A stretch of DNA of 64,000 nucleotides, taken from Selaginella moellendorffii. Its lineage: Eukaryota; Plantae; Lycopodiophyta. Numbering within the stretch: position 1 is the first letter of the stretch; every line of letters begins with the position of its first letter. Shown in pieces: positions 26,201-37,649 of the stretch. The position numbers and the translations under genes are program-made. The stretch lies in assembly GCF_000143415.4 (NCBI RefSeq), contig NW_003314440.1, forward strand, positions 26,226-90,225, read 5' to 3'. The notes under the pieces were generated by a model. That model was not told where the DNA came from and did no database searches. It worked only from the letters and a program-made list of their open reading frames with translations.

Positions 26201-28600
26201 GATCAGAGGCGTTTGATTCGAAAAGGAAGAAGGGCAACGAAAAGATGATAAGTAATGCCTCGCGGTTATGGCGTGTGTGCTCATGCCATTCATTGCAGAT
26301 CAAGGGCTGAGTGAAAGGAGCCAGTCACCACCTCCTGACTCAGATTCCTATGGCGGACTCCCCTTCCCCAATCTCAATGGAGAGGTACAATGGATGAGGG
26401 ATGCTTTTCAAGTCAGGGCCACGTTTTTCTCATCTCGTCGTCTTCGAAGGGTGCAAGAACGTGCAGAAACCATGTTAAGACAGTCGGGTGAGGATACAGT
26501 CCTAGGTCAAGCACTGAAACAGGCTATGGATGTCTTGTATTTTGAGATGGAGACTCGGCCAGATGATTTTCCCAAGATGGTCCTGGAAAAACAAGCCATC
26601 CAGCCTGAGCAGCCTATGGAAGAAATGCAGGAGGGGGATGAGGAGCCAGAGAAAGATAATGAGCAGGAAGAGCAGAAGGACGAAGAGGAGGACAAAGAAG
26701 AGGAGGACGAAGAAGAGGAGGACGAAGAGGACTTGGATGGTCCTCACAATGGTGACGATCACAATAACGATGATGACGATGATGACGACGATGGCCAGCC
26801 TGAGGTGGCCAAAGAGCAGCGGAGGAAGGTCATACAAGACAAACCATCAGGTAAATAATAGTACATCCATTCCTAACCTTTTACCATTTCTAACATTGTC
26901 CATGTAGGTCGCAGAAGAAATGGTAAGTAGAGATTATTCAGTTGAATTAAGATACAAACTCTAGCCTTTAGTGTCGAGGAAGGATAGTGCCAAGCAAGGG
27001 TCGAAATGTATGTCCAATCCTTCAGAATCAGCAGTGCGCCCAATAGCAGTTGATGGTAAATACAGTATAGTCGATTCAATGTGCTAATGAGTTTGTTTTT
27101 AGTAGCCAGTAGGGAGGATACCATCTCAATCGAAGGGAGATATTTGGACATGCATATGGATCCGCCAGTGGACTCTACTTGCCTGCAAGAGTCATCAGAG
27201 CTGGTGGAGGCTACTATCCATATCAACGCCAAGCAAGCTGACCACGCTCCACTTGATGCTGCCCATACCACTGAGTCAATCTTGTCCACGTATCCAACTG
27301 ACGGTGACCAGGCGCCATTGGACCCGTATGAGGCCGCCCCAGCTGCCGAGCCGGTCGTATCCTCATTTCCAACGGACTCAACGTGTGCCCAATCGTCTGA
27401 CTACGCGCCGTTGGAACCTCCCTACACCGCCCCTGCTGCCTGTTCGGTCATGTCCACTTTGCCAACGGAGGCACCAGCTGAAATGGCGTGTGATCACACG
27501 CCATCGGAACCACCCCATGCCACTGTTGAGCTAGTTGTACCAGAGTCTACAGCTGAAATGGCATGTGCCCACACGCTATCGGATGCGATTGACCCCACAT
27601 TGCAGAGGAGAGTATTTCCGCCCTTCACGTTTCCTCGACCAAAACCCTCTGAACGACCATCGGGAGCACCATTCGCTAATATTGTAGATGGTAAAATTGA
27701 CTTGTACCATTTTTTATGCTGACGCATTTCATTTCAGAGTCACGGCGAAAGTACTGTATCGTTTTTGATCTGAATGGTGTCCTTTTCTCCCATGAGCGTG
27801 GCTCGTCCTCGAATGTCACTGCACCCTCCAAAGCCTGCGGTCGCAAGTTGGTCAAAAGAGACAGATTCACATTAATCACACGGGAGAAATTGCGGGATCT
27901 AATAATGACCATGCGACACTTAAAACAGAGGGCCGGGTTCAATTTGCAATTGGGAGTTTGGACATCCATGATGCGCCACAATGCATTAACGTTGCTACAG
28001 ATGATGCACGATCAGACGCGAGTAATATTACCATTTGACTTTCTCCTAACGCAGGAGGATTGCTTGACTATGGTCCATGTGAGGGGTAGCAAGCCCATCT
28101 TCGTCAAGCCAGAGGCTGTAGTGATGAACCGGACTGCTAGGTCAAGTGAAATCCTCATCATCGATGACTCGCCGATTAAAACTGCAGCTAACACGCACAC
28201 ATATGCAGTGCACCCCATCTCTTGCAGTATGGAAACTAGGGAGAAGAAACCGTATGTTCTGGGGGACCTTGCAAAATGGCTTGAAGCGATGGTGATAGAG
28301 AACCGGCCAGTCCAGGAGGTGGCTGCAGAAATCAACCAAATGGCAGATGGAACGGTATATCAGAAGCCATTTGATCGGACAGACACCAGTCATCATTTAT
28401 GGCATGTATATTGTCTAGCCAAGCACTATCCGCATCTCCATAATCTGCTCAACCGGATGGGTTCTTCGACCACTGAACATGAGCGTGGACGTATTAGAGA
28501 AGAGATGGCATTACTATTGGGTTTAAATCCTGATAGTGTGGAGAGTGATGAAATTCCAAGATTATTGTATAGGCGTTGGAGGCAAAAAATAACAGTCTGA
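23264..28600 (+). CDS. Multi-exon cargo gene: ParB/Srx-like domain + degenerate beta-class DNA-methyltransferase-like fold + acidic linker + FCP1/NIF-like HAD phosphatase (one in-frame TGA at 24377; start uncertain)
   Basis: GT-AG introns (24443-24496, ~25806-25855, ~25931-25986, ~26059-26107, ~26252-26298, ~26851-26907, two more to ~27101, ~27691-27737) join the ORFs in frame. Motifs IDVSRIDI..HRLVSDEWVEKLKQKM..FYAVSGQH..SHAQN; NPEK..GKCVVEYNCGG..AALLKGVPCVAV; IVFDLNGVL..GVWTS..TQEDC..IFVKP..LIIDDSPIK. Confidence 0.7.
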
Positions 28601-29451
28601 GATGGCATGTATTTATTTAAAAATGTAACTTATTATGGCATGGTGTTCCATGCAATTGTATTAATATTAAAAGACAATTCTTTGAGAGGATTTGCATTAT
28701 ACTAGAAGTGTTACAGCATGTTATTGGAAGTCTACGAAGTTGTTTTATTAATAATGGGAAAGTAAAGATTGAATGGGGACTTGGGCTCCACCTAGACTCG
28801 GAGCAACTGAGCCAATATTAAAAGGATGAAAAGAAATTGGACGACGATGACAAGGAGAAGAGAGAGGTGAAGCAGTGCAGGGGGGAGGAGAAGTGATTGA
28901 GTAGACATTTCCTTGTTTAAAATAAAATGGCATGTGCCTCAATGTAGTTGAATTTTGTTATATTTATATACTATATAAAGGTTTGGAAACCTTATTTTAC
29001 AAGTGGGATAATGACAATTCCCACTTTAACGAAATAGAGCTTATAAGTCCTCACCTCTCTCTTGATGACTCATTTTTGAAAAAGGGCATGGTTGTGATAA
29101 ATATATCTGCCAATTTATAATAGTTCGACAAGGTTGATTTCTTGCTTAAGGGAAGTTGGGCCTCTAGCCTTCTCCCTATGTCCTTGCGAGAAGGGATGTA
29201 TCATTCTTTTGTAAGTCGAGTGGTACTTGGGTGGCTAACTCTATTAGTCATTTCCTTGTTGATGACAGCTGGAACGTGTTTGGGTTTTAATGTCTTTGGA
29301 GTAGAGGAGAGGTCGTTCCATAACTCATTTAAGTCGGTGTGTTTCCTATATAGTGTGCTTTTTATTAACTTTCGGAGTTGTTTCCTTGACGGTTTGCTAG
29401 ACTTGGGTATGCATCAAGAAGAACATCGATCTTCCCTAAGGGGGGGGAGAG

Positions 29452-30286
29452 TGTTGCGAATGTGACTTCGGATATCAAAAGATACTTGTCAGCCAATCTT
29501 TACAAACATTCTTTCCTTATTGCCATGATGGGAGGAGGTCAGTACAGTTGCATCCCTTTGGTAGCCCCTCTTGTGCTAGTGGGAGTTAATTGGGCATTTT
29601 GAGTGTACTTAGACTGAACAAGCATAAGGATAGAACTCTTACGTGCTATTAGCTAAGCATACTTAGCCCGGTAATAAGTTCCCGTCTTGTTATATCTTGC
29701 ACTAGCTAATGACAAAAACCCTTGCGTATTGAGACTAGTCCCTCAATATCATTAAATGATAGCTTACCGTGTCTACCAAACACCCTCGCTATCATGCCCT
29801 TTGTGTTAGTCTCATTCTAGTTGCAAATGCTATTTATGGAAGGTGTTTAGTTTCACTCATTTGGCATATTTATGGAATGTAGAGATTGTCTTAAACATAA
29901 TGGTGTTCATCTCGTATCTAAATTCACAATTTAAGGACATTCTATATTTAATAAATTTCAAGCTTGTCCCAAAGACTAACTCTTGGTATAAGGTAAGCTT
30001 GGGGTGAAAGCCCAAAGAGTGTGTTCCTCAGGGGGGGGGGGGGGGGGGGGGGGGGGGAGAGTGGTCTATAGGGGCTTCTAATATATAGTAGGGATAATGG
30101 TTGGAATGTTGGAATGCATGTCTAACTACCTGAGATATTAATTTGGCTCCCATTAGGCTTGTCATTCCTTGTTCTGCGTCCAACTTAAGTCTAAGCCAAA
30201 ACTCCATGCTACTCTAGTCAATGGGGTACCCTCCTCTTCATGTTAGACCACCAGTATGCCAAAATTATGCCAAATACAATCTAACA
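29452..30286 (+). repeat. Probable decayed Gypsy-type LTR containing a 27-nt G run (30031-30057)
   Basis: Polypurine tract AAGGGGGGGGAGAG followed by TGTTG. The internal GGGGTGAAAGCCCAAAG + G-run motif is shared with other LTRs in the window. Possible end ...CTAACA. Confidence 0.45.
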
Positions 30287-30299
30287 CCATTTTGTGTGT

Positions 30300-31497
30300 A
30301 TTTGGAGCAATGGTATATGGAGTTGAAGAGAGTAGAAAGGAAAATGCTCACAAGAAAAGGGAAGCTACAGAGGATGTTGCATGAGCCAAGGCTGAGACAC
30401 TACCCAAGGAAGACACTGTTTAGATGCTTGTCTAGAGCTGCTTTGACAAGATGTGGAAGGAAAGGGAGCGTGGAATTCGGAGACAACACCATGAAGATGC
30501 TGGCAAAGGCACCAGATCACAAGGCAAATGACAGCAAAGGATGGATACCTCACCCCACATACGTAAAGCAGGCTCTTCAAAGACACGCAAGGTTTCTCAC
30601 CCCAATGGTAAACCTGACGTTACCCATGGACAGCAGGGAAACGAGCAGGGGAAGAATGTGGTTACTAGGACTCCTCCCACCCATTCCGATGCCCCGGATT
30701 TTTCTTCAAGGGGTCCCTTGCACCGGCAATCTCCAACCATGCTTGGTTCCCAACCAGCCATGATTGGCAGAGGTGGCCAGCACCAATCTCCAGGAAACAA
30801 TTGACCCCACGGTCCCAACCGAACTGGCCAAGTGGCCGAGGGCATCAAACCACACCACGACCTCCTCCAGCAGCCCAACAATGCCAGCCAACTTAGAACC
30901 AGAAACCACCTTCACCTCCCAAAGGACAAGAGATGCAGCCCTCACAGCACCATAACAACACCCCACTCCACGAACAAACCTAACGCTATGGCTTGGGAAG
31001 AAACTTGCCTCCACAGCAACGCTGCACTCTCCAGTTATGGCAGTGCCTGTGGACAGAAAAGGCAAGGCAAAAGTTTTTGGTGACCTTTGATTGCCCCGCA
31101 TGAAGCTTTACTTCATTTTGCCGGCAATCAAAAAGTTTCCCAGCTGGAAAATCGAGTGGAGATTGGTGCTGTTCACAATCTGTCTTCTTGCATGTTGAGT
31201 GCCGCTGAAAAGCACCTCCTTGCTCTTGGGCTTTCATTCATTCCCAATCCAGTGCCTTTCACGGCCAAAAAGATTACGGAATGCTTAGATGACTTTCAAT
31301 GCTCAGTCCATCTTTGTCATTTGTTTAAGGACAGCAACAGTCTTATACCAGAGTTTCGGGTTCCCAACCCAAACTTTGATCCTCCCCCTGCTTCCTGGCA
31401 TGTGGAGTCACAAGTTGCTTGCATTCGAGAGCACCTTCTCCAGTGTCTTTTCTATTGTAAAAGACCTCGATCTTTTCTAAGAGGATGGACACATGAT
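30300..31497 (+). mobile_element. Penelope-like element fragment (N-terminal region of RT ORF), truncated by Gypsy insertion
   Basis: ORF 31087..31503 reads VHNLSSCMLSAAEKHLLALGLSFIP...LDDFQCSVHL..F...PNFDPP, the typical pre-RT motif of Penelope-like ORFs. RT core is absent. Confidence 0.55.
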
Positions 31498-34400
31498 TGT
31501 TAGGCACCAGGTCAGGATAAAAGAAAGGGCCCTACAATCAAGTGATCACCTCTTTAGCCAGTTGGCTTAAGGTGTAAGGGATAGGATCCTAACATTGGTA
31601 TCAGAGTAGGTTGGTTGCGATGGCCGACCAAGCTAAACACTGAAATCCTATTGTCGATGGTGGTGCCAACGAAGCTACAGAGATTTGAACCATTCAAGAT
31701 GTGGTTCATGAGCTGTGAGCCCTTAATTGAAATCAACAAGAAATGCAAGACGAGATGCATGGTGTGATGGATACCATGCATGGGCATGTTGAGGCACTTG
31801 AGGCTGGATGGGGTAGCGCTCCAAGTAAGCCTTCTTTGGTAGATCAACTCAAGATTCCATCTAACCTTTTCCAGTGATGGTGGTATGAGTGTCTCGCTTG
31901 GCTAGCCAATGTGAAGAAGTTTTTGGCTGCTAGGGGAATTCCAGATGCAAAGGCTTTAGTGGCTATTCCAATGCTTTTGCATAATGCGGGTCTTCGATGG
32001 TGGAATTGGCTTGAGGAGTCTCATGTTGCAGATAAGAAACCACCAATGTCTACCATGGATGAGTTTGAGGCTGCTTTTTGTTTACGTTTTGCCCCTCATT
32101 ACGACGTGGAGAATGCTCGTACAGAACTTCGACATTTCTAGCAAGGGAAAATGACGCTCGAGGACTATATTGAGAAGCTTACTTGCTTGATTAGTCGTGT
32201 TCTAACGAAGGATCCAGATTAGAACAAATCCTACTTCATTGATGGCCTATATAGTGAGAACATGCGGCAACACTTGTGTCATTCTCAATTTATAAAGAGT
32301 TTGGAGGAGCTCTTTGATGCAGCTCATCGACTTGATAATGACAAGCACAAATCTTGCAAGCATTTGCGGAGTCCTTCTGTTGAGAATCGTCATAATGATT
32401 GCCATGGACACAAGGATGGGAACAAGCATCACAAGTTGAAGTCGGTGGTGACTACTTTGGATGCAAAAGGGTCCAAGAAGTAGAAGTTCTTTGTGAAGAA
32501 TTATAGACAGGGTTGTTATCATTGTAGCGAACTTGGACACTACAAGGCTGATTGTCTGCAGTTGAAGAACAAGTAGTAGGACAAGAAGAATGGCTAATCT
32601 TCTACTCATGGTAAGTTAGATACTAAAAAGTTGCAAACTTTGCACCGTGAGGATGACGAGAACGACCATTCCGGTCAGAGGAAGAGACTTTCGATCGTTG
32701 CTCGTCAGCTCAACTGTGTGTGGAACAAGATGGAGCTCGAGGATACTCGTGAATTAGCTTTAATGCTGGAGGGCATGTTCCGTGGCGATCCAATATGGAT
32801 TTTACTGGATAGTGGGAGCGATGACAACTTTGTTTCAGCAAAGTTTGTTGCGGAGCATGGCCTGGTCATACGCAAAGTTCCTACCTCTACTTAGCATTTC
32901 GATGCTTGTGTCGAGAGGCTGAAGTGTTGGTTGGCAAAACCACATTCGTGGAGACTTTTTATCTTGCAGATATCCATTGTATGGATCTCATTCTTGGGAT
33001 GCCATGGTTGGTGAAGGTGGATCCAGAGATAAAGTGGAGTATTAAGCGTGTCTCACTGGAGTATGGTGGCATTAAAGATGTGTGGTTTGGCGAAGGCGTT
33101 CAACCACCAGTTGTTATGCTCTTTGCTACATCTTTAAAATGGGTTTGTCATAATGGAAAAGCACTTTCGAGTTACTTGCTGTTTGTTTGTGACTTGGGGG
33201 ACCAAGGCACATGTGAGGGAGAAGCAGCAGTATGGGATGTACTTGACGGATGATGCATCTATCTCCAAGACAGCATTCAACACAAGCTTCGGACATTTTA
33301 AGTTTACAGTTATGCTGTTTGGTTTTACGAATGCACCTACCACATTTACTCAGTTGATGACGAAGGTATTTAGGCATTATCTTCATGAGTTTGTGGAGAT
33401 TTTCTTGGACGATATTCTTGTTTTTAGCAAGAATATGGAGGAGCATAAAGTGCATTTGTGCAAGGTTTTTTTGTTACTCCGAGACAATAAACTTTATGCG
33501 AAGAAGAGCAAATGTGAGTTTGCAAAGTCGGAGATGGAATATCTAGGCCGTATTGTGACATCTAAGGGTGTCAAGACAGATCCAAGGAAGGTGGCTGTGG
33601 TGGAAAACTGGCCTACACCAACTACAGTGGCTGAGTTGCGCAATTTTCTTGGTATGGCTAGTTACTATCGACGTTTCCAGCAATTTTTATTGGAGGAATA
33701 TGAAGATTGATATCCTCAAGTATTGTAAATCATGCGAGCTCTGTCATTGGGTTAAAGTGCCATGGGAGAAGCTAGGGGGACTTTTGTAACCTTTACCTAT
33801 TCCTTAGAGCCGTTGGTGTAGTATCTCTATGGACTTCATCACTTATTTGCCACGAACATAGAGGAAAAAGGAGCAAGTATAGGTTATAGTGGATTGGTTG
33901 ATGAAGTATGTGTGGTTGTTGGCTCTTCGGAAGACTGTCACTACCTCAGACTTGGTTGCGGTTTATTTAGAGAAGGTTTTTCCTGATTTTGGTTTGCCAG
34001 AGGACATTATTAGTGATCGAGATTCAAAGTTCACTAGTGGATTTTGGAAAAGCTTTGCAAAGGCTATGCAAGTGACTTTGAAACTCTTGAGTGGAGATCA
34101 TCCTCAGATGGATGGGCAAACCAAGCATGTGAATCAGGTGGTGGAGGATATGCTATGTTGTAGCATTAGTCAAAGGCAAGGACAGTGGGATTTATATCTT
34201 CCGTTGGTGCAATTTGCTTATAACAATAGCTAACACATTGAAACCAAGCTAAGTCCTTACTTTGCCATGTTTGGAAGGCATCCTCAAACAGCGGTGGAGT
34301 TGGGATTGCATTTGAATAAGGATGTTCAAGATAAGCTTGATTCCAAGGCGACTGATCTGGCCACAAAACTTGATGAGATTCTAGTGGTGTGCAAATAGAA

Positions 34401-34900
34401 TTTACAAGCAACTCAGAATAGAGCGGAGAAATTTGCCAATGAGTATCGCCAATTCCAAGAATATAAGGTGGGTGATCTCGTCTTTGTGCGAGTGATCTTT
34501 CCGTCAAGTGATTGGTGGAACATTTTGGTGCCTTTACGGACAGGGAAGAGTGATAAACTTTCCCATCAATATGCTGGTCCATATGAAGTGTTGGAGCGCA
34601 TTGGTAAAGTGGCTTATCAGGTGCGGCTGCTAGTTGGGGTGAAAATTCATCCGATATTTTATGTCAACCAATTGAAATGTATACTATCTCGGAGTGATAG
34701 GCCTAATGCCTCCTTGATGTATACGGCTATGGAAGATGGATTAGGAGCTTGAGCAAGGTTCCCTAGAAAGGGTGATCACCAATACAACTCATCCTTGGGA
34801 CAAGGACTTTGTTGGGGGGAAAGAATTGTTAGGCACCAGCTTTGACCATGTGGTCAACGTTAGTCAAAGGGAGGCTCAAGGGTATATTAAAGCATGTTAC
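31498..34900 (+). mobile_element. Decayed, internally deleted Gypsy LTR retrotransposon (third family)
   Basis: Short 5' LTR TGTTAGGCACCAG...CCTAACA, then PBS TGGTATCAGAG (iMet), gag, protease LLDSGSDDNF, RT FLDD, integrase (SDRDSKF, HPQMDGQT, YAGPY), PPT GGGGGGAAAGAA and a 3' LTR start TGTTAGGCACCAG at ~34827. Confidence 0.85.
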
Positions 34901-37649
34901 TCAACCTACCCTAGGGCTCTATAAATTTGTATATAAGCACACTTTATCCAAATCTTGCCTAACAATGATCACAAGTCTCGCATGAACTAACTTTAATGCT
35001 AAAGAAGAAATCATGGTGCAACCCACAATATCCTTCGCAACATATCCATAGCCAAACTTCATAATGCCAAAACTAATGAAGAATATATTTGCATCAATCC
35101 AAAAGTTAAGCATATTAAAGTTATGCTTAACAAGTGATCATTTAATCGATCCTCCATTAATCCATTTATAGCAAGATGTAACTCATTGCATAATAAGCAT
35201 AAGAAGAATCATTAATGATCGATATATTCCCAACTCAAATCTAACAAAGATTCAAACTTTCCAATATTGATCACTAACTCTCCTTCTCATAAAGCTAGTA
35301 TAGTCCATGACTAAACCATTTTTCAAGGAAAAGCTCAAAGCTCAACCCTTACTAAATAATTTCGTTTAAAACATAACTAACTCAAACTTGCCACTCAATT
35401 CATTTGAATGTCAATATAATTGCTAACTAGTAAATGCATGAATGTTAATAATACAAAGCTACAACCAAATCATCAACACTATCTTCATCGAGACTAATAA
35501 AACTTAATATCAATTCTATGAGAGATATTTTATTTCACTTGCATTTCACCATCAACAATGTCAATAATAAAGCATCACTTCAATGCAATCAACACCAAAA
35601 CAAATCTAGAAAAAAGCAAGAGTGAATCATCACCCAACACTCCCTAGCAACTAAGCTAATTAAAGTCAAAAATACTTTATGAGTATCTGAGACTAATCCT
35701 TTAACAAAACTCAGTTATAGGTAACACTTCCTCAAGGAGTGAATCACCACATCCAAGATTCAATGAAATCCAACACTATAGATTAAACATAACTAAATGA
35801 TATCGACAGAGGTAGAGTCGACATGCCAACATGAAAAACCCATGTAAATCTAACGACATGATCCTTCGTAACACCATTCAGTAAAGCAAACCTATCACTA
35901 ATAAATTTTCATTGAGCGAGGCAAGTGTCAACAATCCTTAACGAAGTCTACAAGTAATCATTAGTCGCAAAGTAATTAACAATCACTCTTCAACTTGCCT
36001 TTCACAAGACCCAACATTAAAGTCATGCCTTTGAGTTATATACTTAGCCAATATGAACATAATACCCAAGTATGAGATAAAGGTTCATAGACAAGTATAA
36101 ACTAAATGACCACTTGAATCCAACTCAACTACAATAAACTCACTAAATACATTTAGCCATTAGTTCTGAGTATACCTTGAAGAGGCTAGCTATGTATGAT
36201 TAACACTCAGTTGAAACTAAAGTGAAAACCATTAGATGGACTCATATCAGTACACAACCTCCTCATAAATAAAATTATAGTATAGGTACTAACTTCTCAA
36301 CTTTAAACAACTAAGTTGGACATCACCATCCTCAGTCAAGGTGCAAGGCCACCAAGGCCAAGTCAAGATTAATGAGAGCTCACTACTCTCATAAAGTTTA
36401 ATGAAATGTAAGGTGCAATCTACCACTAATCATAATGCTATAAAAGAAAGGCACAAAAGTCACTTTTTTAGAAAAGTGCAATAGCCACTTTTCTACACCA
36501 ATTCCAGACTTTATCCAACTCAGTTGTGTTAGTCTCAAAAGTCAACATCCCTTTTGGGCCGCATCATACAAACTACGTACTAAAGTTTAAGTTAATCGAA
36601 GTCAAATCCAACCTCTTTACTAGTTTGTATTGGCTTATGAAAATGGAATGGTTTTCGAGCAAAGTGATAATAAATCAACCATTGGAAAAGTCTAAGAAAA
36701 TTTGTGGAAATTTTCTATCTTAGAAAAAAAATGACTCTCAATCCAAAAATGCAAACTTCCAAAACTCAACTAACTTCCTCCTACCAACAACTTCACATAG
36801 GTTCATCTCAACATAAATTCTCATAACCCAATAATATGCTTAAGCATCAAACATCTTTGCCCATACTTCTGACATCCAACACCAATATCCATAAAATAAA
36901 AAAATTAACATCTAAGGCTTGATCACAAAGACTATATTTTTAGATATTCACATTGCACTAACACTCTTCTTCAATCACCTTAATATAAAGCCAAAACACT
37001 AACAAAAAAAATGACATAGAAAATCAAGGTTTAAGGAGAATTCCTCATCACTCGAAATAATAATGCCACTTCCACTAACATAAGTGCTAGCGATGTCAAT
37101 GCCTCAATTACACACCTTTTCTATCCAACAATCTACTCCAAGTGCTAATAGATCATTCAACAAGCTATAACAAATGAATATTACAACCCTTTTCAACACC
37201 TAATGGGCAAACTCAAGGAAACAAAGGAACCAACTTAAGATTAGCATAATAGATCACCATTGAAAACCCAATCAAAGCTACTATAATACTATTTCATGCA
37301 AGTAGACTAGCTTCATTATCAACCACTTTGGGGTTGATCATCATTTAACTAAGAAACTTTGTAAACACATTGCTTATTATCACAAGGATATAATATAAAA
37401 TCACAATGATTTGATCATTAATTGAGCAACACCATGAGAAATGCCAATGTTATTACTTCAAAGGTTTATATAAATATCAAGTGCTAACTTGATTTGACAA
37501 AATGCAACATAAATGCCACACTCCACCAATAGAGATTTACAACACCCAACACCACTAACTTTTGTTTAAAACATAAATAAGCTCATGCCACTCTTTTTCT
37601 GACTAAACTCAAAACTAATCCAACACCAAGTTACTCAAGGAGCAACAGC

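Larger units (their letters stand above)
16377..28945. mobile_element. Large DNA-transposon-like unit (Sola-like/DUF7869-type transposase + divergent cargo gene); boundaries approximate
   Basis: Transposase pseudogene on minus, multi-exon cargo gene on plus, and ~25 copies of one 24-bp palindrome seen only in this interval. The outermost copies face each other like short TIRs; no TSD was confirmed. Confidence 0.7.

Noticed and set aside
16384-28940. GAGGGCACATGCCATT...AATGGCATGTGCCTC as Sola2-type GRG/CYC TIRs
   Set aside because: The flanking 4-mers (GCCT versus AATG) do not form a TSD, and both ends are just copies of the internal palindrome. True termini remain unresolved.
16377-28945. 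Palindromes as a CRISPR-like array or as MITE insertions
   Set aside because: Spacing is irregular over 12 kb, no cas genes are present, there are no TSDs around the motifs, and the context is eukaryotic.
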